The notes under the pieces: model-generated
Seen by the model: the letters and a program-made list of their open reading frames with translations, nothing else
What the model was told of the DNA's origin: nothing
Databases searched by the model: none
Program-made: the position numbers and the translations under genes
Shown: one piece after another, positions 18,092 through 26,174 of the stretch
Layout of the letters: every line of letters begins with the position of its first letter
Position numbering within the stretch: position 1 is the first letter of the stretch
Virus record (IMG/VR): IMGVR_UViG_3300023296_001674
Direction: 5' to 3' (one strand)
Origin: a virus
Length of the DNA: 64,000 nt

Positions 18092-18123
18092 TACATTACT
18101 ATTTATTAATAAATAGTAATGTA
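18092..18123. repeat. 32-bp perfect palindrome
   Basis: TACATTACTATTTATT|AATAAATAGTAATGTA. All 16 pairs verified. Lies in the divergent intergenic region between 18037(-) and 18170(+). Confidence 0.9.
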
Positions 18124-18169
18124 TCCAACAATTGAGGATTAATATTATGCAGGTGAATGACACAATATA

Positions 18170-18784
18170 ATGGCAAATAATGATATACATCAACTTTTAG
18201 TTGAATCAAAACAACGAATATCCAAGTATGATGATATGCTAAACGAAGCAGAACGCACTTTTCGTGAATTAAACTCCCGTAATATGCAAGCAACGTTAAT
18301 ACAGATCGAAGATTTCTTTGACTCCAATAATCTATATGCATTTAATAATTGGTTTGAAGGTATCGTTTGGGATGGCCCAAATATTACCAAATATTGGATT
18401 GAATTAACGTTGAAATATACGTATGAATCAATGCCAGAGCCAGTTGCGATGAATCGTTTCAGTGAAATGGGCGTTCAATATGATTTTGTTGATACCATAA
18501 TAATGAAATCCAAAAAAGTTCAAAATCCTGACGACCTTGATCCAGTGACACGTAAGCCAAAAGAAGAAAAAGAACGTATATGGTTGGTTTCACTTAAGAT
18601 TCCTAGACATTTAGTTGAAGACCCAATGCCTGATGATTCAGAAGATGTTGATAATGTTCAAAACTTAGAAGCCACTGCGAACGCTGAAGAAGAAGCTAAA
18701 GGCAATCCAGACATGGAAGAAGCAGATGATATGACTGCGGACGATGGCGCAAGCGATGAAGGCGGCGACGAACTTGATTTATAA
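18170..18784 (+). CDS. Hypothetical protein with strongly acidic C-terminal tail
   Basis: The C-terminal ~55 aa is D/E-rich (…EEADDMTADDGASDEGGDELDL). Confidence 0.5.
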   Translation: MANNDIHQLLVESKQRISKYDDMLNEAERTFRELNSRNMQATLIQIEDFFDSNNLYAFNNWFEGIVWDGPNITKYWIELTLKYTYESMPEPVAMNRFSEMGVQYDFVDTIIMKSKKVQNPDDLDPVTRKPKEEKERIWLVSLKIPRHLVEDPMPDDSEDVDNVQNLEATANAEEEAKGNPDMEEADDMTADDGASDEGGDELDL

Positions 18785-19526
18785 CATTAACATAAACGAA
18801 GGCTTGAAAGTAGCCGATCTCAATGATTTAGTTGATGAAACTATATCAATAGACAAATTTGCCAGCAAGATTGATACTGACGCAATCGTTGTTGCATTTA
18901 AATCACATAGCACCATAACATTACCAATGGATGACTTATCAGAATTTATAGAAACCGGTAAGAACGAAGTTTTAGATACAGAAGTGAGTGCTGGCCCAGA
19001 TAAAGATGGAAAATACCTATTGTTTGTAGAGTTTTTAAGAAATGAAAATTTTCCTAAAAATTTAATAGAAGTTTTAGATAGTATGAGATCACTAACATTA
19101 ATAAAAAATTGGTCATATACATTTTATGGCGACTCAGATGAAATAAAGGACGTGACGATGGAAAATTTAACCAATGACATTAGATTAGAGAAATTAGACC
19201 GCGATGTTACACCAGATGAAATCAAAGAAACGGTTGAATTCTTCAAAAATAGCGATTTAGATGATATAAATTTCGATGGCGACAATCAAATATGTTTTGA
19301 ACAAACGGGTCAAACCATAGTAAAACAACAAATAGCATTAGGTGACCCAACAATGGTTCTTGATGCATTAAACATGAGAGTTTCTCCTATTCAATTAGAT
19401 AATGACAGTCTTCGCGAATGTAGATACTTGAGGGGTTTTCTTGGGTCGAACTGGGAAGTTACTAAAATAAATGAACATTTCGTTCTAGCCAACGATGCAG
19501 ATGAGAGAGTAATGATTATAAAATAA
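18744..19526 (+). CDS. Hypothetical protein (start uncertain)
   Basis: Long ORF. ATG 18744 overlaps the upstream gene by 41 nt. In-frame TTG 18804 is the alternative. Confidence 0.45.
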   Translation: MAQAMKAATNLIYNININEGLKVADLNDLVDETISIDKFASKIDTDAIVVAFKSHSTITLPMDDLSEFIETGKNEVLDTEVSAGPDKDGKYLLFVEFLRNENFPKNLIEVLDSMRSLTLIKNWSYTFYGDSDEIKDVTMENLTNDIRLEKLDRDVTPDEIKETVEFFKNSDLDDINFDGDNQICFEQTGQTIVKQQIALGDPTMVLDALNMRVSPIQLDNDSLRECRYLRGFLGSNWEVTKINEHFVLANDADERVMIIK

Positions 19527-19532
19527 TAATAC

Positions 19533-19561
19533 TTGACATCACCAAAGCCTTCGTTTAAGAT
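19533..19561 (+). promoter_or_regulatory. sigma70-type promoter candidate
   Basis: TTGACA (19533-19538), 17 nt, TAAGAT (19556-19561). 36 nt before the ATG at 19597. Confidence 0.45.
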
Positions 19562-19596
19562 ATACATAATGTAATAATCTAAACGGAGGTTTTTTT

Positions 19597-20229
19597 ATGC
19601 CAAATACACTAGATGAATGCGCCACCATTGAACAAGTTGCCGAGTTTTATGAAACAAATACGGGAGATGAAGATTTTGACACTGATGTTGTTTATCGCAT
19701 GGCTGAAATTTCGGCTGAAACAGACGAAAATTTAGATAATTCATTAAGTTACCGAAATATGATGATCGGTGCGGATGAATACTGTGAACAACTTATCGGT
19801 GAGATCAATGAAGCAATTGCCGCGTTAGATGAAGCATATGATGCCGAACAATGGGATCAATTAACCGATGACATATTTACTGATTGGGAAAGCGATGAAG
19901 CAATGTCTGATGCCGCAGCGGAAATCGACGATGTAAACAACCTACTACACGACTTTAAAGGATATCTTAATGATATCGGCGAATCAGTAACTGGTTTGTA
20001 TGGCTCCGATTTTGATTTCGGATTCGGCGACATGATGAATGAATCATTTTTTGGTGACTTTTGGGGAACCGAAATGAACATGAATAAAATCCAACAATCA
20101 CAAGACGAAATGGTATTGCTGTTAAATCGCATCATCAATGCACAAGAGAAATTTGTCGATAATTTAGATGATATTGAAACAGAAATTCAAGATCACGTTA
20201 ATGGTGTTTGGGACGATATCGCTGCGTAA
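19597..20229 (+). CDS. Highly acidic hypothetical protein
   Basis: GGAGG RBS. D/E-rich throughout. Confidence 0.55.
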   Translation: MPNTLDECATIEQVAEFYETNTGDEDFDTDVVYRMAEISAETDENLDNSLSYRNMMIGADEYCEQLIGEINEAIAALDEAYDAEQWDQLTDDIFTDWESDEAMSDAAAEIDDVNNLLHDFKGYLNDIGESVTGLYGSDFDFGFGDMMNESFFGDFWGTEMNMNKIQQSQDEMVLLLNRIINAQEKFVDNLDDIETEIQDHVNGVWDDIAA

Positions 20230-20255
20230 TTTAATTTTATATAAGGAGAAATAAT

Positions 20256-20507
20256 ATGACTGAAGAACAGAAAAAAGCAGAACAAAAGAAAAACACTACA
20301 AATGCTGCCGTAGGTGGTAGTGCAGGAATTGCTGGCGAGGACGTTGTTGATACAATTCTTGGTATCGGCGAAACCGCACTGGATGTAACATTGGATGTGT
20401 TATCTGCTGGTACTGAAGTTGCTGGTGATGCATTAGGCGTTGCAGGTGATGTTGCTGAAGGTGCCGCAGAAATCGTTGGTGGCGTGCTTGGCGCAATAGC
20501 AGATTAA
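20256..20507 (+). CDS. Gly/Ala/Val/Asp-rich small protein
   Basis: AAGGAG RBS. Repetitive AG(D/E)(A/V) segments. Confidence 0.5.
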   Translation: MTEEQKKAEQKKNTTNAAVGGSAGIAGEDVVDTILGIGETALDVTLDVLSAGTEVAGDALGVAGDVAEGAAEIVGGVLGAIAD

Positions 20508-20509
20508 TC

Positions 20510-20728
20510 ATGGCTGAACAAAAATTGATTAATGCGCTAGAACGTGAAACCGAAGGGCTACGAATTGATTACATGGATCACTTAAAGGTGCTGACGATGG
20601 TTAAAGATAATGACCATGATGGCGTTCGTGACCAACTGTATGATATGGACACATGCCAACGTGATTCAATTTATAGCGAAATAGAACGATATGATACAGT
20701 GTTTTTTGAAGCATTAGGAGATATGTAA
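20510..20728 (+). CDS. Hypothetical protein
   Basis: Tightly packed between neighbours (TAATG overlap at the 3' end). Confidence 0.5.
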   Translation: MAEQKLINALERETEGLRIDYMDHLKVLTMVKDNDHDGVRDQLYDMDTCQRDSIYSEIERYDTVFFEALGDM

Positions 20729-21267
20729 TGGATGAACGTGAATTTACCAAAACGTGGTGGAAAAATTTGTGTGCAGACGAAGATCGATTGATTAAATGGC
20801 TCCAGAAACTGCAACATACAGAACGACACGGTTTCTACGATAATCACGATGCGATAGAACGATTTACTGATCCAATGAAGGATAAAAATGCAATCAAAGT
20901 TCTTACACAAACCGCTATTGATGAATGGCGTCATGCCGATTTGTTAGTAGGGTTGATTCATAATCGCGGTCTTGCTATTACCGCACCAGTGAAAAGTTTG
21001 TATTGGGACGAAATGGAAAAAGTTATCGTCGACCTTGATACATGCATGGCTGCATTTCACTTGGCAGAGACACTTGCCGCATGGAGATTTGAAATATTCT
21101 ATGAATATGAAAATACACCCAATGATGTGAAACAATGGCTGGAGACAGTTATACCAGATGAACAATATCATGGCAAAATCTTTCGCAAATTAACATCCGA
21201 AGATACTATTGCACGAATTAAAATCGAACAGCAACGTGTCATCGAACTTATGAAATCTAAAAAATAA
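20728..21267 (+). CDS. Ferritin-like / di-iron-carboxylate-type protein (tentative)
   Basis: Two ExxH motifs in helical context (AIDEWRHADLL and IPDEQYHGKIF). Confidence 0.35.
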   Translation: MDEREFTKTWWKNLCADEDRLIKWLQKLQHTERHGFYDNHDAIERFTDPMKDKNAIKVLTQTAIDEWRHADLLVGLIHNRGLAITAPVKSLYWDEMEKVIVDLDTCMAAFHLAETLAAWRFEIFYEYENTPNDVKQWLETVIPDEQYHGKIFRKLTSEDTIARIKIEQQRVIELMKSKK

Positions 21268-21278
21268 TGGAGAGACAA

Positions 21279-21377
21279 ATGGGATTAAATCATAGAAACA
21301 CTTATATCGTGGTGAATATTGATACAGGAATAACATCTATTCTTGACAATGATGAACAACTACAACAGTTTTTATAA
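21279..21377 (+). CDS. Possible 32-aa micro-ORF
   Basis: GGAGAG RBS 4 nt before the ATG. Not in the ORF track (below 60 aa). Overlaps the start of the next ORF in another frame. Confidence 0.3.
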   Translation: MGLNHRNTYIVVNIDTGITSILDNDEQLQQFL

Positions 21378-22260
21378 AGATTCAGTAGAATATTATGAAA
21401 GTGAAGAAAAATTTAATAGAAATAATGTTGTGATTGCAGGTGGTAACATCGTTGAATTGAAAACTAGTGTTATCGTTGTTACTCCTAAAAAAGAACCGGT
21501 AACACGCGATTCTATGATTGAAGATTTATTAGGTGACGCTGGTGTAAAACGCACTCGTATGCGTAATTCTGGTAATGAATTTGTGAAATATACCAAGCTA
21601 CCCAATGACGATGACATCGATGACGATTTGACAGAAGAAGATTATATAAATGAATACGATATTGAAACCGTCGCGTATGATAACAAACAACGAATAAGTG
21701 GCGTTGACGAGGGATTGCTTTACGGTGGTTCAACCGCCAAATTGAATAATGAATTAGCCAAATCTATTGTAGATGATATGGACGACACAGGTAATACAAC
21801 GGATAAACTTGACGAAGTGCTTGATCGCATAGGAAAACGCGTTGAAACACCAACCGAAATCAATAAAATGATTGATCCTATTGTCGAAATAGCCGAAGAT
21901 ACAATCAATAAAGTTACCGATGCAGCACGTGAAGGAATCGTCAGTGCACTTGATCGTATTTCATCACCCGATTATCCTGATTTCATTAATGAAATAGTCA
22001 ATAAAAACATTGATCTTGAAATAGAAAATGATGATACATCATTAGGATCAATGCCACGAGCGTCTGATCCCAAACCACAGGTTGACAAATTGGGTGAAAT
22101 AGACGATACGGAATATTTTAACAGCGATATCATTCGTGGTGGAGTGCCACAAAAAAATGATACACAAGAGAGTGATGCACCTACACCCGAAGCTGAACGT
22201 TTTCATGAAATGCTCCGTAAACGAGATTTCGGAATGGGCGGTGGTGGTAGTGCTGGATGA
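21349..22260 (+). CDS. Hypothetical acidic protein (start uncertain)
   Basis: First ATG of the ORF is 21349. No obvious RBS. Ends GMGGGGSAG. Confidence 0.5.
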   Translation: MMNNYNSFYKDSVEYYESEEKFNRNNVVIAGGNIVELKTSVIVVTPKKEPVTRDSMIEDLLGDAGVKRTRMRNSGNEFVKYTKLPNDDDIDDDLTEEDYINEYDIETVAYDNKQRISGVDEGLLYGGSTAKLNNELAKSIVDDMDDTGNTTDKLDEVLDRIGKRVETPTEINKMIDPIVEIAEDTINKVTDAAREGIVSALDRISSPDYPDFINEIVNKNIDLEIENDDTSLGSMPRASDPKPQVDKLGEIDDTEYFNSDIIRGGVPQKNDTQESDAPTPEAERFHEMLRKRDFGMGGGGSAG

Positions 22261-22477
22261 TGATTCGTTAAAGATAGTTAGAACCGCCGCAAGTGAGGCA
22301 GGAGACTATCTGAAGGATGTGTTAGAACCATGTGAAGGGCATCCTGTGCGAAATGCATACGCACACGTATGGGAGCGCCTTAAACACCATCTAGGCGGGT
22401 GTTCATACAAAGACTGTGATAACGACGATGTTCCACTATTGTTGGAACTGATTGAAGAAATAAGAAACAAAAAATAG
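22205..22477 (+). CDS. Hypothetical protein (start uncertain)
   Basis: ATG 22205, or GTG at 22241-22250, in frame. Overlaps the end of the upstream gene. Confidence 0.4.
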   Translation: MKCSVNEISEWAVVVVLDDDSLKIVRTAASEAGDYLKDVLEPCEGHPVRNAYAHVWERLKHHLGGCSYKDCDNDDVPLLLELIEEIRNKK

Positions 22478-22506
22478 TTGACAGTAAAGGGTTAATGTAG
22501 TAGATT
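22478..22506 (+). promoter_or_regulatory. sigma70-type promoter candidate for the tRNA pair
   Basis: TTGACA (22478-22483), 17 nt, TAGATT (22501-22506). tRNA 5' end is 12 nt downstream. ATGTAGTAG box at 22495-22503. Confidence 0.5.
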
Positions 22507-22517
22507 ATAGATATTAA

Positions 22518-22594
22518 GGGCGTGTATTCCAACCGGTAGAGAAACGAGACTTAAAATCTCGACAGTGTGGGTTCGAATCCCACCACGCCTACCA
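22518..22594 (+). tRNA. tRNA with anticodon UAA (Leu by anticodon) but class-I architecture; CCA encoded
   Basis: Hand-folded cloverleaf. Acceptor GGGCGTG/CACGCCT (G1-U72). D loop with GG. Anticodon stem CGAGA/TCTCG, loop CTTAAAA (TAA at 22552-22554). 5-nt variable region ACAGT. T arm GTGGG-TTCGAAT-CCCAC. Discriminator A, then CCA. Confidence 0.75.
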
Positions 22595-22598
22595 CATA

Positions 22599-22676
22599 GC
22601 TTCCGTCGTCTAACTGGATAAGGCACCCGACTTCTAATCGGGATATTTGTAGGTTCGAGTCCTACCGGGAGCACCA
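22599..22676 (+). tRNA. tRNA-Arg (anticodon UCU); CCA encoded
   Basis: Acceptor GCTTCCG/CGGGAGC. D stem GTCT/AGGC. Anticodon stem CCCGA/TCGGG, loop CTTCTAA (TCT at 22633-22635). T arm GTAGG-TTCGAGT-CCTAC. Discriminator A, then CCA. The variable region reads as 6 nt. Confidence 0.8.
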
Positions 22677-22677
22677 A

Positions 22678-23679
22678 TTAAAAAATATTAATATTTTTTA
22701 AAAACATATGAAATGAACTGTATTCGATATTAAAATATTGTTGAATTTCATTTGGGGTTTTTTTATCTATATGATACATATGGCATAATATATTTATGCT
22801 GTTAAGTATATTGCGTTCAGTGTTATATGGATCACCCAACACAAAATTAAACATTTTGGATAATACTTTTGCTGATATTTTGTTGGGATTATTCCAACCT
22901 AGTGCTGGTTTCAATTTGTTATTATATACACGACCTGTTATAGATGAATATTTAATCGGAGTATATGGATGTTTAATCGCAGAACGTCGATTGATATGTT
23001 TTATATTGGCTGTATCGATTTTTTGTTCAAATAAATAATTGTCAAATGGTTCATTGTGTTTAGTTGCCCATTTTAAAATATTATCAAATAATATTTCTTT
23101 GGATATTGCATTATCTGAACCTTTTAATGAATTAACCGAATTCATTAAAAATTGACAATTAGCAGGATGTGAAATAATATCAGGATGCATTTTTAAATCA
23201 AATCCGCTTTTTACTGAAAACATATGATCATGGCAGACGCCATCTTTTTTTGTTAAGGGATTATAAAATCCATGCTTAACATATAAATCATAACCAAGAA
23301 ATGTATCATAATATTTTTCAATAAATCTAAATGAACATAATTGTTTATATCGTTTATATTGCACGCCGTGCGTTGTAGGCAAACCATTACTTTTTATTAA
23401 TGACGCACGTTGCCGCTGTCTTGATTCGGTTGTGCGTATATTATTAGAATGTATACCACCACATTTGGACGAACAAAAAATATTACCATTTTGATGCTTT
23501 TCGTATGATATAATAGATTTACATATGGAACATAATTTTGGATTTTCTTCATATACATTTTTAACTTTAGCACGACTGTATTTTTGTGAACAGGTTTGTG
23601 TACAAAATTTGCTATGACGCTTATCTTTTGGTGTAAACTCTATTTTACACTGATGGCATATATATTTGTTTGTTGACAT
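22678..23679 (-). CDS. HNH-type homing endonuclease-like protein with N-terminal Zn-ribbons
   Basis: CHQCKIEF...FCTQTC and CSICK...FCSSKC ribbons. DGVCHDHMFSVKSGF....HPANCQFLMNSVNSLKG resembles an HNH (H-N-N) core. Its stop codon lies 2 nt from the tRNA-Arg CCA end. Confidence 0.55.
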   Translation of the reverse strand: MSTNKYICHQCKIEFTPKDKRHSKFCTQTCSQKYSRAKVKNVYEENPKLCSICKSIISYEKHQNGNIFCSSKCGGIHSNNIRTTESRQRQRASLIKSNGLPTTHGVQYKRYKQLCSFRFIEKYYDTFLGYDLYVKHGFYNPLTKKDGVCHDHMFSVKSGFDLKMHPDIISHPANCQFLMNSVNSLKGSDNAISKEILFDNILKWATKHNEPFDNYLFEQKIDTANIKHINRRSAIKHPYTPIKYSSITGRVYNNKLKPALGWNNPNKISAKVLSKMFNFVLGDPYNTERNILNSINILCHMYHIDKKTPNEIQQYFNIEYSSFHMFLKNINIF

Positions 23680-23783
23680 ATTGGTATCCTTTCGATTATA
23701 AATACGATGGCGGTTGGATTTTCCTTTCGGTGTCCTTGTGATATATATTTCCAGTATGTATCACGCCGCTATTACTATTTATC

Positions 23784-23810
23784 TTGACAAACCTTATTTT
23801 CTCCTATAAT
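23784..23810 (+). promoter_or_regulatory. sigma70-type promoter candidate for the fliG/fliM-like operon
   Basis: TTGACA (23784-23789), 15 nt, TATAAT (23805-23810). The spacer is shorter than ideal. 32 nt before the ATG at 23842. Confidence 0.4.
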
Positions 23811-23841
23811 ATGAACACATCATTATAAAGGGAGAAATAAT

Positions 23842-24021
23842 ATGTTTGATATTTTAGAAGATGCATTTGATATTTTAACTGCGCCAATTCGCAACACGGT
23901 TGATGTACTTGAAGGATTGTCGGAAGGCGAACTTCGAACGCATGCTATTGCGCAACTTGGTTCGAGTGCGGTTGCGGGTTTGGAAGCATATGAAATCATT
24001 GAGCTATTGTTGGAAGATTAA
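23842..24021 (+). CDS. Hypothetical 59-aa acidic helical protein (missed by the 60-aa cutoff)
   Basis: AAGGGAG RBS 7 nt upstream. MFDILEDAFDILTAP...EIIELLLED. TAATG overlap with the next gene. Confidence 0.55.
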   Translation: MFDILEDAFDILTAPIRNTVDVLEGLSEGELRTHAIAQLGSSAVAGLEAYEIIELLLED

Positions 24022-24257
24022 TGGCAAAAGTTATTTTACGCGAACCAGTAGATGTAATACGTTGGTGGCCGGGGGGCGACGAAATTGAAAATGTTACCGA
24101 GGTTCGTCATACTCAACTAGGATTTATTGGTCATTTGCAACAAGATGGAAATACGCTCATGGTAAAACCTGGTGATTATGTATTGTCATTTCTTGGAAAG
24201 CAAATAATAATGAATGAAGAAATTTTCAAAATCAACTTTAAAGGTCACAAAGAATGA
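24021..24257 (+). CDS. Hypothetical protein
   Basis: Translationally coupled on both sides (TAATG, ATGA). Confidence 0.5.
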   Translation: MAKVILREPVDVIRWWPGGDEIENVTEVRHTQLGFIGHLQQDGNTLMVKPGDYVLSFLGKQIIMNEEIFKINFKGHKE

Positions 24258-24646
24258 ATCAAGATATATGGGATCGATTAGATAAAGTTAGCACATTCAG
24301 GCTTACTTCATATTTGAAAAATGAATATCCACAAGTGGTTGGTGTCATTCTTTTCAATTTGTCTAGGAAAACGGTTGCTGGTGTAATGGATGAATTACCA
24401 GAAAATTTTGCTATGGAAGTTGTAATGCGTATGTTGCGCACGGATGATGTTCGCAAGGAAGTTATTGATATCATTGAAGACACATTACAGGATGAATTTT
24501 TTAATAATGTAGTCACTTATGACAATAAAGAAAAATTTATAGGTGATATGTTCGATGTTATGGTTCATTCTGATCACATGGTAGAACAGCTTGAAGAACG
24601 CAATCGTGAAATGGCTGAAAAAGTTAAGGGGTATATGGACACATGA
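24254..24646 (+). CDS. FliG middle-domain-like protein (flagellar rotor/switch homolog)
   Basis: LKNEYPQVVGVILFNLSRKTVAGVMDELPENFAMEVVMRMLRTDDV aligns by eye with E. coli FliG [46 protein letters not shown] (recalled), including the EHPQ-type motif. Confidence 0.7.
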   Translation: MNQDIWDRLDKVSTFRLTSYLKNEYPQVVGVILFNLSRKTVAGVMDELPENFAMEVVMRMLRTDDVRKEVIDIIEDTLQDEFFNNVVTYDNKEKFIGDMFDVMVHSDHMVEQLEERNREMAEKVKGYMDT

Positions 24647-25161
24647 TTAATCAATCTATGATAGAAGCATTAATACCGACAATGAAGAACACTGCATTTA
24701 AAGGTATTTGCACTAATCCAGATATTCAACTTGATAATTTGGCACTTATGACATTTGGTGAATATGTTGATACAATACCGCTTCCTGCAATGTGTTGTAA
24801 GTTTGATTTTGCTGGATATGCTGCATTTATCATATTTGATAGTTCATTGATATATTCTATGGTTGATGTTTTATCTGGTGGTCGTCGTGGCACCGCTGCA
24901 ATGCGAATTGAAGGCAGGGGATATACAACAATTGAAAAGCGCATTATTAAAGAATTAGTAATGGAATCAATTGTGAATGAGTTATTGTATGAACTCAATA
25001 TATTATCAAAAGATATATATATGGAAATAGAACATATAAGTCTCAGTCCAGATAATATGAGAAAGCAATTATCTGAAAATGAAATGGTTCAAATTGCACG
25101 AATGAGAGTAGACTTGGATGACCGTGGTGGTCGTTTCGAATTATGCGTTGAAGAACATTAA
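24643..25161 (+). CDS. FliM-like protein (N-terminal peptide + middle domain; no FliN-like C-terminal domain)
   Basis: AAFIIFDSSLIYSMVDVLSGGRRGTAAMRIEGRGYTTIEKRIIKEL versus E. coli FliM GLVVFSPSLVFIAVDNLFGGDGRFPTKVEGREFTHTEQRVINRM (recalled). GGxG motif present. N-terminal INQSMIEALI resembles LSQAEIDALL. Confidence 0.75.
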   Translation: MINQSMIEALIPTMKNTAFKGICTNPDIQLDNLALMTFGEYVDTIPLPAMCCKFDFAGYAAFIIFDSSLIYSMVDVLSGGRRGTAAMRIEGRGYTTIEKRIIKELVMESIVNELLYELNILSKDIYMEIEHISLSPDNMRKQLSENEMVQIARMRVDLDDRGGRFELCVEEH

Positions 25162-25173
25162 AGGAGAAATAAT

Positions 25174-25950
25174 ATGGGTTGTGACATTCACATATATCCT
25201 GAAATATTTAAAGACGGAGTTTGGCAATTATCTGAACCGTTAAATCTTGCTGCATGGTGGGATGAACGTATTTTAGATGAAGCAGATGATTATGATGCTC
25301 TTGATGAAGAACATAAATCTATGTCGAAAGAGCAAATATTAGAACAATATAAAAACGACACGCGTGTTCAATGGGAAGGGCCGTGGGATTCTAATTATTC
25401 ACTTAGGGGTAGAAATTATAATTGGTTTTCGATACTTGCCAATGTTCGCAATGGATATGGATTTGCTGGTGTAGACACTGGTGATAGTTTTGTTCCTATT
25501 CATGCACCTAATGAAGAACCACGCGGTCTTCCTGATGATGTGTCATCGGATGTTAAAAAACTTTCTGATAGTTGGGATTCCGACGGTCATTCACATTCAT
25601 ATAACACACTGCAAGAATTATTAGATTATGATTGGGATGGTCAAACACGGATAACACGTGGTATTGTTAACGTTGAGAATTTCAAAGAATTTAAAGAAAA
25701 AGGTGAACCATCAGCATGGGCGGGTGGTGTTTCTAATGTAGAAATAGTTTCTAACGAAGTCATGGCACAAATCGCATTAGGAATTTATGGCACACTTGAT
25801 AGAAATGAAACTAGATATTATACTCATGTAGAATGGAAAAATACTTATCGTGAAAATGTTGGTGCAAGTTATTTGCAAGGCATTCTTGATGAACTAACAA
25901 AATATGGTAAACCAGAAAATGTAAGAATAGTATTTTGGTTTGACAATTAA
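25174..25950 (+). CDS. Hypothetical protein
   Basis: AAGGAG RBS. Begins MGCDIHIYPE. No family recognised. Confidence 0.55.
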   Translation: MGCDIHIYPEIFKDGVWQLSEPLNLAAWWDERILDEADDYDALDEEHKSMSKEQILEQYKNDTRVQWEGPWDSNYSLRGRNYNWFSILANVRNGYGFAGVDTGDSFVPIHAPNEEPRGLPDDVSSDVKKLSDSWDSDGHSHSYNTLQELLDYDWDGQTRITRGIVNVENFKEFKEKGEPSAWAGGVSNVEIVSNEVMAQIALGIYGTLDRNETRYYTHVEWKNTYRENVGASYLQGILDELTKYGKPENVRIVFWFDN

Positions 25951-25958
25951 GGAGATCA

Positions 25959-26174
25959 ATGATGAAACACAATCTTCGGCATATAAATGATGCCCCTATA
26001 GATAAACCATTTATTGCATATAAAACGGATGGCGATACTGTTATAGCAAAATATGGAGATAGCAATCAACCAGATAATTTACCTTGGGTTAGCGAAAGTC
26101 GTGGTTTTGGTAATGAAGATTTTATTGCTTGGCAACCGCTGCCTGATCTATACATGAATCGTGGTGATTTGTAA
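25959..26174 (+). CDS. Hypothetical small protein (DUF551-like C-terminus?)
   Basis: AAGGAG RBS. C-terminal FIAWQPLPDL resembles the W.PLP ending of DUF551 phage proteins. Confidence 0.45.
   Translation: MMKHNLRHINDAPIDKPFIAYKTDGDTVIAKYGDSNQPDNLPWVSESRGFGNEDFIAWQPLPDLYMNRGDL

Noticed and set aside
22478-23679. tRNA genes next to a large minus-strand ORF, considered as an integration module (attP with an integrase).
   Set aside because: The ORF has Zn-ribbons and an HNH-like core. No tyrosine- or serine-recombinase motifs are present, and no repeat of the tRNA 3' end was seen.
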